Below, piece after piece: positions 23,108 through 35,345 of a stretch of 64,000 nucleotides of DNA. Location of the stretch: assembly GCF_006345805.1 (NCBI RefSeq), contig NW_021836153.1, positions 1 through 64,000 of the forward strand. The letters are read 5' to 3'. The notes under the pieces were generated by a model that was not told where the DNA came from, ran no database searches, and worked only from the letters and a program-made list of their open reading frames with translations. Every line of letters starts with the position of its first letter. The first letter of the stretch is position 1. Source of the DNA: Octopus sinensis (Eukaryota). The translations under genes and the position numbers were made by a program.

Positions 23108-23655
23108 TTCCTATAGACTAAATACTAAAACAGGTATTGAGATGAGGTCTTTCTTCAGAGCGCTGTCAAACACAGCCATGAAAATATGAATTGTTTTTCA
23201 TTAACGACACCACTGTGGATATATATACGTTTTATATAAAGAATGTCTCAGATAACTTCGTGGCGACTAATGAGAAGTCGGTCTGTCTGCTGAAAGAGGT
23301 TGCCGTACGGTGGAGCGATTTCAAAGCGTTTAGAACAAGACTCGTTATATCTGCGACAATCAAATCCTCTTCAGCTTCAAATATCACAAGAAACGGAAGG
23401 TGAGAGGGGGAAAAAAAAAAGAAGCATTGCCTTCATTCATATTTGAGTAAAAGATTAGGTATAACTTGTGACACTGCTGCTTGAAATCTACGTGGATGTT
23501 GGATTTGAGAGTGGAAGGTGGTCGCTGTCTTAACTACCTCGGTACTCACTAGGTGGCAGTTCCTACGGCTTTGTCGCAGCTAGCTTTGTTTATATTTTAT
23601 ACGAAGAATGTTTTTCCATGTTGTACAACGTGTTTTGCCAAGTCTCACTATTATA

Positions 23656-23888
23656 CAGGGTGTTCAAAAAGTCTCTCCGCAGTTAATGTTTTTGTTGTTT
23701 TTTTTTTCCTCCTCCAAGATGTATTTCAAAGCATGTGCAAGAGAGGCAATTTGTGTATTTAAAATAAAGGACGACACTTTCAACACCTCTTGTAAAGTCT
23801 AATATATTCTTTTGTAGTCTTATACCATCTGATAAATATTTATTTTACAATAAAATACTTACTGCGGAGAAACATTTTGAACACCCTG
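23656..23888. mobile_element. Tc1/mariner-type MITE (233 bp)
   Basis: 28-bp TIRs CAGGGTGTTCAAAAAGTCTCTCCGCAGT with 2 mismatches, and TA on both sides. Confidence 0.85.
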
Positions 23889-23900
23889 TACATACATAGA

Positions 23901-24300
23901 GGCACAGGCATGGCAGTGTGGTAAGAAGCTTGCTTCTCAACCACATGGTTCCGGGTTCAGTCCCACTGCATGGCACCTTGGGTGAGTGTCTTCTACTATA
24001 GCCTTGGGCCAACTAAAGCCTTGTGAGTGGTTTGGTAGGCGGGAACTGAAAGAAGCCCGTCGTATATGTGTGTATGTGTGTGTCTCTTTGCCCCCCACCC
24101 CACCCCCGCCATCGCTTGACAACCGATACTGGTGTGTTTATATCCTCGTTACTTAACGGTTCGGCAAAAAGCGATCGATAGAATAAGTACTAGGCTTACA
24201 AAGAATAAGCCCCCAGGTTCGAATTCTTCGACGAAAACCCTTTAAGGCGGTGCTCCAGCATGGCCGCAGTCAAATGACTGAAGCAGGTACAAGACTAAAA
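23901..24300 (+). mobile_element. Full-length SINE family A
   Basis: Head, TG linker and second module all match the 1576 copy. Confidence 0.85.
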
Positions 24301-25637
24301 GAAAACACCTAACTCGTTTGCTTGTAATCATTTTGTATAAATTGTTTTATAAGTATCGGATGGTGGTTGACGAACTCGGAACCACCTCAAAACACATACA
24401 CAAACAAAATTGACATGAGATGTTGCAGCTACCAGACATCATGTGAAGTAGACATTGGGCGGCGGCCATACTCGGAACAGCGTACAAGTTGAGGAAGGCA
24501 CTGCGCATTTTCGTCGACCCCCCCCTCCACCATCACCACCACCATCTCCACCCCTCCCCACTTTCTTTTCACTCTTTTGAAATGTCAAATCGCTAAACAG
24601 TTTCGATTCCTGCGAGCATCAAACTAATGACTCTGACTGTGAAATCATTCCGTCCTGTTTTCGTTTTTCACCATAGTGAATGTGTGTGTGTGTGTGTGTG
24701 CGTGTGCGTGCGTCAGAGACAGTCACTCAGAGAAAGAGTGATTAAAACGTTGATATCGATTTTGCTTTTCATTTTACTCCTAGGTCGATAAGATAACCAA
24801 ACAAAATATTTTTAACCCTTTGAACGCAGAAAACCGAATATACCCGCTCGAAATTTTATCATCGTAACCTGCGGAAAGCGGAATTACCTAATGGCTTTCA
24901 AAAATAAAATCTCCTTACGTTGCTAAAAGCCAAGGCTCTCTTTCTTCTGCTCCCAATGACACTCTTTGCAAATTGAGGTTTTTCAGATTTTCTGATTTCA
25001 CATATTTCATCAGATATCTCTTAACAGAGCAAGAATCAAATGCTGTTTTAGCGGTGGATATAGAAACCTTGCCTACAGGAGATAACGATAAAGTATGGCA
25101 GAAGCAGAAAATACCAACTCTACTTTTTGTGGGTTAACTAACATCATTACGGGAACGACCGTGAAATTTAATTACGCAGTCAATACTGTAATGCCCTGGG
25201 TGTGTTTCTAAAGATATATATGGTTTTACAAGGGCTGTTATTTAGTCAGAGATCAGCAATGTTTGAAAAATATAAAAACCCATCATGAGATATTTCCACC
25301 ATCAACCCATCGTGTAGATTTACAAATTCCATTGGCCAACAAGTCCTTCTTAGAAGAGAGAGTAATTTGCACTTTTAGGCATTTGGTAGCTATTTCTAAC
25401 AGGTCGTAGGTATCTCCTCTATTATATAAGAATCTGAGGCTATATATATTAGTGATCTCACGTAAAATTAGTTTAAAAAGTAGAAGTATGCCATCCCATC
25501 TTCCTACAGTAATCAGCCGTTTAGAAGTTCACACAACCAGCAATAGTTTTAACCAATGTTATAATGTTTCGTAAAAGCGCATCCCTATAAAACACGCTCG
25601 TTCACGCATCCACATTCTCAGCCTCTTACGCTTACAG

Positions 25638-25700
<63 letters not shown>

Positions 25701-26483
25701 GTGTGTGTGTGTGTGCAAGCGTGTGAGAGTGTGTATATGTGTGTATGTCGTGGGGGGGTATTAGAATCAGCAGTAGCACTGGCGACTTCATAACGTTTAG
25801 CTGACATCATCACCATCATATAACCATCATCATCACCACCACCACCACCATCATCATCATCATCGCCAGCTTTGTCATCGTATAACCCCTCGCCTACACC
25901 CTTCAACCCACCCCTCCCTCCCTCTCTCTCTCTTCAACAAACCCACTCTTTCTGCTCTCTTCCTCCTCCCGCCCCTCTCACACATCATCCACCCCAGCCT
26001 CTGAGCCTGGAAACTTTCATCAGTTTTATGAAATGAGCCAAAAAATTGGAAAATAAAAACTTTCAACTTAAGTTTTCTCTTTCTTTGATGTGTAAACACG
26101 GGGAGGCACACATGCGTGTGTGTTGGTGGGGAGGTAGTCATACATATACAAATATAATTATGTACACACACACAGACACATACATTATATATATATATAT
26201 ATCACTTATGTTTGCTTAATGTAAATTTTTAGTAATATAAGACAAACACGTTAGTAAGTTATCTGTGTGCGTGTGCATAGTGCATTACATACACGTAGTG
26301 TGTGTGTGTGTGTGTGTGTATGTGTGTGTGCGTTTTCCTATCCATACTTTTTCTTCTCTTATTATTCCCATGCTCTTTCTCCCCCACCCCTAAAATAATT
26401 GAATGTGTGAGTATTTACAAATAATGCATGTGTGTGTGCATGCGTGTGTGTGTGTGGGTGTATGTATACTGGTGTGTAAGGTA

Positions 26484-26556
<73 letters not shown>

Positions 26557-28229
26557 AGCGTGCCTGTTTATGTGTAAAGGATTTATGCATTCAGTCAATC
26601 AAACCAGATCGAACCCTTAGTCATTTCAGCAGCTCTCCTACGCCGGAGAAACTTCTACATGGATGTTCTAGCTACCAGAAATAGCAGCCAAAACTTCTTT
26701 GTTACACACAACTTTCCGTTTAAAAAAAAAAGCACTACGATTGAAAAATTGATGATCAGGTCATGGCTAAAATATCTTTTGCTGAAACGCCTGTTCGATC
26801 ATGGTTGACATCGAAGCTAAACAACAACAATAACAAGAACATTAAATTTTATACAAAGAGGGTGTAAATAGAATGCCTGTATACGTGTTCACATGCGTAT
26901 ATGTACGTATACAAACGAGACGGTGTATATATATATGTGTGTGTTTTGTACACTTATAATATTTTGTCTTTTCCCCATTTCTCTCTCAAACAATAAACGA
27001 ATACTTTTCAAAAAACAAAAAAATACAAATAACAACGACAGCCAGATAGCAAACAACAACAATATGATGAATAATGATAAAACAACAACCCCTCGATGGT
27101 AAATATAATTACATCTGAAATAATTCCTGCAAAACATCTTTAGGTGTGAAATTTCTCTTCCTTTGAAGACAAAAACGAAAAATACATACACAAAAATTTT
27201 CACTTCATATATTGTCTTTTGCAGGGGGGTTTATTTTTCCATTTATCTCTTTTGGTGGTGTTGTTTTTATTAATGTTTCATTATCGTTGCCCTCCACCCA
27301 CCCACACACACACCCGACTCTCCTTTCCTCTTTTCCTACATCTCACTATCTCTCGTGTTTTATATTGATGTCTTACTCTCTTGCTTACACCGTTATTTGT
27401 TTTTGTACACTAGCTTTCCCCGTCAGACACCTCCAGCTTTCAGTTTCTCCAATTTTCCTTTAAAGAAAATGACTAATGCTTGTTTATTTGCTTGCGTTTT
27501 TATCTATATTTTTAATTGGTTCTTTCAGATGGGAAAATGAGAATTGGAAGATTAGATAAAATATTTAAACACAAAACACACCACACACACACACACACAC
27601 ACACACAAATACGTGTGACTGTATAAGTAGATGCATATGTATAAATGTGTGTTGAAATGTACAAACAAATAATTATTCAAAATTCTTGTTTTCTATTTCT
27701 TTCATTTTTTTTTTTTTTTTCAAATTCACTCTAGCAATAAATAGATTGCTTGAGTCATTCTACAACAGTGCGTCGGACAAAGTGCTTTACTGTATTTCTT
27801 GATGTCCTTTTGGGTTCTGAATTCAAATACCGCTGTGATCAACTTTATCTTTCATCCTGCTGGAGTCAAGAACTACTGCGATTGATATGTATTCGCATAA
27901 TTAACCCTCTCAGACCTGAGCCCCTGCGTCTAACACTTGAGCTCCCGAGCAAGAAAGTCCATAGCTGCATATACAGCTGAAGAGTAACGCAAAACCCACG
28001 TGGTTGAGAAACAAGCTTCTTACCACATATTCGGCCGCATCTATCTTTTTTTTGTACTTTATGGCTTTACCGGGAACCCAGCAGAAATGACGTTCGGCGT
28101 GACAGGGTTAACGGCAAATGTTAATGAATAAAAAAACGTAAAACCTAAAAGCAAACATCTTACTGGTCTACTATGACCAGCTGGTTTAGTGGAACAATTC
28201 CAGTGGTCACCAATCATTCTCAATTCAGT

Positions 28230-28720
28230 TTAATTTCCTTACTATCGACCTCACTTCATTTTAAGTGTGCTTCTTCAATCACTGTTGTCTAAACAACAGC
28301 TTGGTCTCCACATTGAGGAAATCCTACAAGCCAGACATTCTAGTTATAACCACCCTGTCTTATTTGAATAGAATGACTAAGACATTATTGAGTCTTTCTT
28401 CACCTTTCTAAGACGCAAGGGTTGAAGGAAAAAGATTTGGCTACTATTTCTAGCAAGTCAACTTATCACAGGTTTCCCACGTTTGTTGATACATATAAGA
28501 TTGATTTGAGGGAGATTTGGCTGCTGCTACTTCTAACAGGTCGATTTCATCACGTAAAGGCTCGTACAGATACATTACGTTACATTTACATACAGAATAC
28601 AGAAGAGCGTCGTTTCAGAAAAAGCTTGGCTGCTATTTGTAACAAGTCTAACTTCGACACAAATGTTTCCTTGGTCGGATGATATGACAGGACGAGGATT
28701 TGGCTATTATTTCTATCAAG
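28230..28720 (-). mobile_element. Decayed interspersed repeat family F (GCTAGAAATAGCAGCCAAA motif)
   Basis: TTTGGCTGCTATTTCTAGC-like motif repeated here and at ~14387, ~25385, ~26670 and ~46560. Also similar to the arm of the 2542 inverted repeat. Confidence 0.55.
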
Positions 28721-28730
28721 CAGAGATCTT

Positions 28731-28821
28731 AGACACTTGTCCAAGGTGCTGCGCAGTGGGACTGAACGTAAAACCATATGGTTAAGAAGCAAGCCTCTTA
28801 CCACACAGCCACGCCTGCGCC
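28731..28821 (-). mobile_element. SINE family A head fragment
   Basis: CACTTGTCCAAGGTGCTGCGCAGTGGGACTGAAC...CCACACAGCCACGCCTGCGCC. Confidence 0.8.
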
Positions 28822-28949
28822 TATAATACATACATACACTATTCTCCATTTTGGGGGAAGGGGAAACCACAAGACACACACCAGGCATTCCATTCATTTC
28901 CCAGCTCAAAATGGCGAGCCCTGTCCTATCCTCGGCTCAAGGCAAAAAA

Positions 28950-29172
28950 AACAATGACCCAAGAGACTGTAATACTCAATAGTATGTACTATAGATCGCT
29001 AGCCACTACACATTCTTTATTTTCTTTCCTTGTTCCTTTCTGTGGAAGAGCGTAGGCTCGAAACGTTAAAGACTTTTTCACTTCCCGAGCGTTATACTAA
29101 TACATATGCTTGTTTTCTACACCACCTGTCTTCGTCTTTTGTTTTTGTTTTTTTTTTGTGAATTCTTCCCCT
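28950..29172 (+). mobile_element. Short non-autonomous repeat carrying a hammerhead-like motif
   Basis: Contains the 29036-29071 fold and a T-rich 3' part. No ORF and no tRNA head. Family membership is recalled from memory only. Confidence 0.5.
29036..29071 (+). ncRNA. Minimal type-I hammerhead-like fold with variant core CUGUGGA (A6U)
   Basis: CTTT-CTGTGGA-A-GAGC-GTAG-GCTC-GAAA-CG-TT-AAAG: all three stems pair, and only A6 deviates from the consensus core. Confidence 0.6.
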
Positions 29173-29859
29173 ATATATATATATATAGTACAGAAGTAAA
29201 ACTTTAGAATACACTTTCTGTGCGGCCCACTACCAAATGATCATTGGACCAGTGAATGTTTACGGCCGGTGGTTGAGGACTCCTGTTCTAAGGGACACAT
29301 TTTTAGATGAATGGAATGATCACGGTTGTGATGTCTTTAATCTTAGATATGCTGGCTCAAGATTGACCTGGCCTGGGGCTAAAGAACATTAGCGAGCGCG
29401 CGTGTGCGTGTGCGTGTGTGTGCGTGCGTGATCTTGGGAAAAGGAATTGGCTTGATGTAAAACTGAAAATAAATCTCGAAGCGATTAAACCGAAACATTC
29501 AAACGTCGGATAGAAATGACTGGGTGGGGGTGGGTGGTAGAGACGATAAAGTAGCGGGATGAAGGAAGGAGGGGATGGAGGGAAAACATGGGTAATTGTG
29601 GGTGGGAGGGTGTATGGGGGGGAAGGAGGAGGGGAATAAAAGAAACAGAGACAGAGAGTAAGAGAGATTAAATATGGTCTAAGTGGAGGGTTGATGGGTA
29701 GGAGGTGGAATTGGATTGGAGAACTAAGAGACGTTCTGCGAAGATTTGTGCCGAGCTTAGCAGCAGTAGCATCAACGGTAGTGGCCATGTTCGTTTGGTT
29801 GATAAAATCAAAAACTCCAGAAGCGGATCCATCTTACACATTCATATTACACAGATACA

Positions 29860-30107
29860 ATCGAATATATACATACATATATATTGTATGTATATATATA
29901 TATATACACACACACACACATATATGTATATATATACAACACACACACATATATATATATATATACATATATACACACACACATATATATATACATATAT
30001 TTATATACATACACACACACATATATATATATAAACATATATATACACACACACACATATATATATATACAAGAACATATATATACACACACACACATAT
30101 ATATTAT

Positions 30108-30147
<40 letters not shown>

Positions 30148-30278
30148 TGTGTATATAATATACATACATATATGTCTATATATATATATACATACATACA
30201 TACATACATACATACACATGTCGATGCTACTCTTGCATACAAACAAAAAATGTATAGTTTCTTGTGTGCGTGCGGATA

Positions 30279-30318
<40 letters not shown>

Positions 30319-30445
30319 CCAAACACGGATATTTATATAGATATATTTATATATACTCACACACATACAAACACACACCATGTACATATAAATACACACA
30401 TTATATATAACACACATATCTTTACGCATACATACAGACAGACAT

Positions 30446-30478
<33 letters not shown>

Positions 30479-30520
30479 TATATATAGCGCTATATACATA
30501 AATTATACACACGCGTGCGC
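29860..30520. repeat. Long compound (TA)n/(CA)n microsatellite block
   Basis: Dinucleotide repeats throughout. Source of many spurious YIYI/HTHT ORFs. Confidence 0.95.
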
Positions 30521-30833
30521 AAGCACACACACATTTCTTGAAACCCTAGTTTCCCGTCTAAGCACAACTAATTGAATTTTCTCTTGGCTTCAAAACTTCA
30601 TCGCTTGCCTTAGCCTGCCTGACTACACACACACACACACACACTAACACCACAAACGCACACACTAACACGCACGCACACACACACACACTCACGAATA
30701 CGCGCGCGGTTTCGAATGCCTAAGGTCGCGACGAGAGAAATGGTAGAAGCGACGTTTTTGATGGCTGGGGAATGAAGAAATGGCACCAGCAGCAATTAAA
30801 AAGGATATTGTCGATACACACACACACACACAT

Positions 30834-30878
<45 letters not shown>

Positions 30879-31071
30879 GAGAGAAATAATAATAATAATA
30901 ATAATGATAATAATAATAATAACAAGAATTTTTTCTGTATTTGCCATATGGGCAATCAGGATGACAACATTACGTACAAAACGATACAATCCAACAAAGA
31001 AACATGTAAAATACAGAAATAATGTAACACGTTTAGCATTAAATATCTGTGTGTATGTGCATGTGTATATA

Positions 31072-31454
31072 TCTCTCTCTATATAAACGGCAGTTTGTCT
31101 GTGCGTTTTCTGTGTGTCTGTTTTCTCGTACCCTCACTCTGACCACGGCTTTCAACCGATTCTGATGAAACTTGACACACACATAGCCCAATGTCATAAT
31201 TCAAAACTAACGCAGCGAACATTTTGAAAAGTTCCCCCAGTTCTGAAAAAAATCGATAAATTCGACATGGGGTCGAGAATCAGAAACCCAAACCACAGAC
31301 CGTCTAGGGGACGCAACTCCACCTTTTTTAACTCTCAAAAAAATTTACCATCATTTTTTTCCCATTTTTTTGCTATTTTTTGGCTATAACTCTCTAAAAA
31401 TGCTTTATAGTTATTTCCCTTACAAACCTGAGCAACGCCGGGCGATACTGCTAG
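31072..31454 (+). mobile_element. Non-autonomous Helitron-like element
   Basis: 5' TC(TC)nTATATAAA, 3' hairpin CCTGAGCAACGCCGGG followed by CGATACTGCTAG, inserted between A and T. Same 3' end at 44648 and 7979. Confidence 0.7.
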
Positions 31455-31544
31455 TATATATATATATATACGTGTGTGTGTGTGAGTGAGTGTATATATA
31501 TGCATGTGTATATATATACGTGTGTGTGTCTATTTTTCCCTTTA

Positions 31545-31993
31545 TTCTTTTATTCGCTTCAGTCATTTGACTGCGGCCATACTGGAGAACGGCCTTTAGT
31601 CGAACAAATCAACCTCGGGATTTTATTCTTTGTAAACCTAGTACTTATTCAATCGGACCCTTTTGCCGAACCGCTAACTTACGGGACGTAAACACACAAA
31701 CGTCAGTTGTCAAGCGATGGATAGGGGACAACACAGATACACAAACATATATATATTCTCTTTCTCTTTTATCTCTTGTACAGAAGCACAAACATATACA
31801 CACACACACACTATATATATATATACATATATACGACGGGCTTCTTTCAGTTTCAGTCTACCAAATCCACTCACAAGGCTTTGGTCGGCCCGAGGCTATA
31901 GTAGAAAACACTTGCCCAAGGTGCCACGCAGTGGGACAGAACCCGGATACATGTGGTTGGTAAGCAAGCTACTTATCACACAGCCACTCATGC

Positions 31994-32042
<49 letters not shown>

Positions 32043-32098
32043 GACGGGTTTCTTTCAGTTTTCGTCTACCAAATCCACTCACGTGGCTTTGGGCGGCC
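31545..32098 (-). mobile_element. Full-length SINE family A plus a partial second head
   Basis: Both modules at 31545-31990, and a repeated fragment at 32040-32098. Confidence 0.8.
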
Positions 32099-32099
32099 A

Positions 32100-32400
32100 A
32101 TACCTGATAAACATGTTGCGCCCTTTATCACTAGATCAACCCATTTAGTGATAGATTTAAATCTCTCGCTCGATTTAACACCTTTACCTGGTCGATATGG
32201 GTTATCTTTAGCAGAATCCACTGTATCATTCGAACCAGCTTCACCAGAACATCCAGAAGTCTTGATGCTGTTTCCAACTGCAATGAGCCAGTTGCTACTT
32301 CTTTATCCTTCCAAAGGTCCGACAAGAAAATGGTGGAATTTGCCTTTTCTCTCCTCTAACACATATCAGACACTCAAACACCATAAACTAAGTTTCCACA
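32100..32400 (+). mobile_element. Penelope-like element RT C-terminus/linker fragment
   Basis: Open plus frame ...PFITRSTH...LP...LSLAESTVSFEPASPEHPEVL...PTRKWWNLPFLSSN. Resembles from memory the PLE motifs PLYI..SNHP, LS.LSS.EE.F..A.P.Y..AL and RK..WFNPPFS.N. Confidence 0.5.
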
Positions 32401-32680
32401 ACACTACATATAACTGATAATGAGCACTAATTAGATGTCGAAGGCTACGGGCCTCGACCTTTTTTTTTTTAGATCAGCTTCGCCAAGAATGCAGAGGTCT
32501 AATAGTCTACGGGTTGAGCCCTTCTGCTCTAGATCAACAACACACAGACAGATCCTTTATTTATATTGAGCTTCATGATTAAGTGCACGAGAACTGCATT
32601 ACATTTAACATTATATTCCTCACATACAATAATACACTTTAGATATTTCTTTACAATTACCTTCATTTGTCATTATACAT

Positions 32681-32721
<41 letters not shown>

Positions 32722-32828
32722 ATCCGATTTTCTGAGTACCTCATTTATTCTAATATAAAATACCTGTACATCATCTCCAAACCTTCCAATACATACATGT
32801 ATATATGCACACATACAAACACACATTC

Positions 32829-32861
<33 letters not shown>

Positions 32862-33494
32862 CATATACACATATACGTATATATATACACAAACATACAT
32901 ACACACACACACACATATATATATACACACACAAACACACATATATATACACACAAACACTCACATTATATATATATATCGGGGAGAGAGAGAGAGAGAG
33001 AGAGAAAGAGAGACTAGTCAGGTTTCACAGATGTAAGACTAGATACTCAGGTGAGTAGCTATCAATTACAAAGAGTAGAGAAAAATGTGACAGTGTTACT
33101 AAGTACACACACACACACGTCTTCTCTCTTTCCTTATCTGTCATACACACACACACATGTTCGTCTCCCCTCTCTCCTAATCTCACTCTCACTCATACAC
33201 ACACAAGGACGTGTACTTTCCTCCCCTCCATCTCATTTTTCGTAACGATTGGGACCGGGGAGATGTGTGGGAGTTAAAGGGGGTCACGATTGTTGTTGTT
33301 TAAGTTATCATTTAGCCCTAGGCCATCCGTAATTGCACAAGTCTATGATCGAAACATTCTCATCCATGACCAGCCTATGTTTTCCGTATATCAAGTATTA
33401 TACTATTAGCTAATGCGTCGTGCGATTCGCAGGAAATTCGGCTACTCTGTCGAACAACCTTGCAGAGGGCCCCCTACATTTAGCACATCGTAGA

Positions 33495-33545
33495 CTGAAC
33501 CAGAAATCTCCAGCTGAACCAGAAATCTCCAGCTGAACCAGAATA
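33495..33545. repeat. 19-bp tandem repeat (CTGAACCAGAAATCTCCAG) x ~2.6
   Basis: Direct reading of the sequence. Confidence 0.85.
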
Positions 33546-33784
33546 TTCGAGTGAACTACAAGCACAAATAGATGTTTTCGAATTGACTAATTCACCTTAG
33601 AGTCAACACCATCACCACCACCATCACCACTACCACCATCATACAACACCATCACCACCACCAACAACAACAACTATATCAGCTGACTCAGGTTAATATC
33701 CAAAGAAGCTGAAGGAGTTTATATCACTTTCAACCTCTTTCAACCTACAACTGGCATGATTTACATGGGATGTTACTCTTGTCC

Positions 33785-34155
33785 TCTTTTACTTGTTTCA
33801 GTTATTTAACTGTGGCCATGCTGGAGCATCGCCTTTAGTCGAGGATATCGACACCAGGACTTAGTCTTTGTAAGCCTAGTACTTATTCTATCGGGCTCTT
33901 TTGCCGAACCGCTAAGTTACGGGGACGTAAACACACCAGCATCGGTTGTCAAGCGATGTTGTGGGGGGGGGGGACAAACACACAAATGTATATATATATA
34001 TATATATATTTACATATATACGACGGGCTTCTTTCAGCTTCCGTCTACCAAATCCACTCACTAGGCTTTGGTCGACCCGAGGCTATATTAGAAGGTGCCA
34101 CCCGGAACCATGTGGTTGGTAAGCAAGCTACTTACCACATAGCCACTCCTGCGCC
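33785..34155 (-). mobile_element. Full-length SINE family A
   Basis: Both modules present. The head ends CCACTCCTGCGCC. Confidence 0.85.
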
Positions 34156-34299
34156 TAAAAACTTTTAACAACTTTAACAACTTCTTTGATTTCTCATAAT
34201 GCATACGACACGATGATCAAATGTTCGGACTGCAGTTAATTAATCCACTGCGGTGTTTAATTCGATTATAAAGGTTCAAAATTATTTTAGGAGATAAGA

Positions 34300-35345
34300 C
34301 TGTCACTGTATGTTAGCCTTTGTCTCTCCTATTCTTTCACAATGGATGGATATCTGTCTCCCTATAGATTTATGGAATGCCAACGTATTTGTCTTATGGC
34401 CAATGAGGTGGCTCATCAGTAGAACTTTTCTTTTATTCTCATTAGCCTTCTTTACTTCTACTCTCGACGATCAAAACACCTTACGTGTCCTCAGATTATC
34501 TCGATCCCCTACCATGCCATCTTAGCACCTCACACATATGCTATCACTCCCAACACTCACCTATAACCACCATCACGACAGACACTGTTATGTACCTTAC
34601 ACATATCCCTCTCCGCCACTCCCACATCTTGCATATCACCCCGTCCCTTACCTTCTGATCTACTCTCCTTCTTGAGCCACTGCTATTTCTCTCACCTTAA
34701 TCCCTCTCTGTTGATATTTCCTATCGATTGCACCTCCAGCCTCGCTCTTCATTCAATACATTCACCTCTACCCTCACATTTTTACGAAACACTCCCTCTC
34801 CTCCCTACGAATCCAATGACCTTAACCTCTCTTACGCTCACCCTGTACCATGAGAATTTGCGCTGACACGTCATCACTATCATCTTTATCTCTCCCAATT
34901 ACTACAACTCATTCTTATGTAATATGGCGTAGCCTGAGCTTGTCTCGCTATTATACTTTCGACTCAACGAGATTTATTATTGTTTTCGAACAGATTTTCT
35001 ACGCCAGTGACTGTGGTTACTGTAAAAATCTATATATATCCAGCCTGCAGAGGAAGTCCCTCAACGAAGAGCGGTGCTTACTATACGTTGACAAGAGGCA
35101 ATAACCTCGAAACCGGTCCGTGTGTAGTATCCGTATCTTCGGGGAGGCTGATCTCCCTTTGCTGGCTGGCAAGGACACCGAGATGGTGTCAGCTCTTCTG
35201 GTGACGTCGATGTTCGCCTGGGGCTAAATGCATCAGTAACACCCCCACCACCCCGCCCTGACCCTAGCCACATTCAGATGGCTGATCCCTCTTATGTTAT
35301 AGAGCAGTTACTGTTTATATCTCGCCCAGAGATTTATTATTGTTA
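34300..35345 (+). mobile_element. Probable decayed Penelope-like 3' end / pLTR region with hammerhead
   Basis: Weak PLE-like C-terminal peptide (RWLISRTFLLFSLAFFT), long pyrimidine-rich tract, HHR at 35079-35129, and GAGATTTATTATTGTT repeated at ~34968 and ~35328. Confidence 0.4.
35079..35129 (+). ncRNA. Type-I hammerhead ribozyme with compensatory U3-A8 core
   Basis: TACTATACG-TTGACAA-GAGG-CAATAA-CCTC-GAAA-CCGG-TC-CGTGT(GT)AGTA: stem I 9 bp with a 2-nt bulge, stem II 4 bp, palindromic stem III ACCGGT, GUC triplet (predicted cut after 35118). Confidence 0.75.

Noticed and set aside
27901-28111. piggyBac-like TTAACCCT...AGGGTTAA element (similar ends at ~24815/25135)
   Set aside because: The terminal match is only ~8-12 bp and the interior is SINE debris, so it could be chance.
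29691-30501. Long ORFs in microsatellite blocks (also 32566-33058, 56108-58553, 62625-63948, etc.)
   Set aside because: [12 protein letters not shown] translations of stop-free dinucleotide repeats, not genes.
32104-32277. Minus-strand phase-1 exon candidate (VGNSIKTSGCSGEAGSNDTVDSAKDNPYRP...) that would fit after the signal exon
   Set aside because: The acceptor context is purine-rich, and the opposite strand has a longer open frame with Penelope RT/linker-like motifs, which explains the low stop density. Junction reads 47534-32277 would overturn this.
33495-33545. CRISPR-like array (also considered for 6358, 51857, 58138)
   Set aside because: No unique constant-length spacers, no cas genes, and a eukaryotic context.
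34392-34415. Minus-strand CTGATGA-GCCA/TGGC hairpin
   Set aside because: No GAAA follows stem II and no stem III or cleavage site is present.
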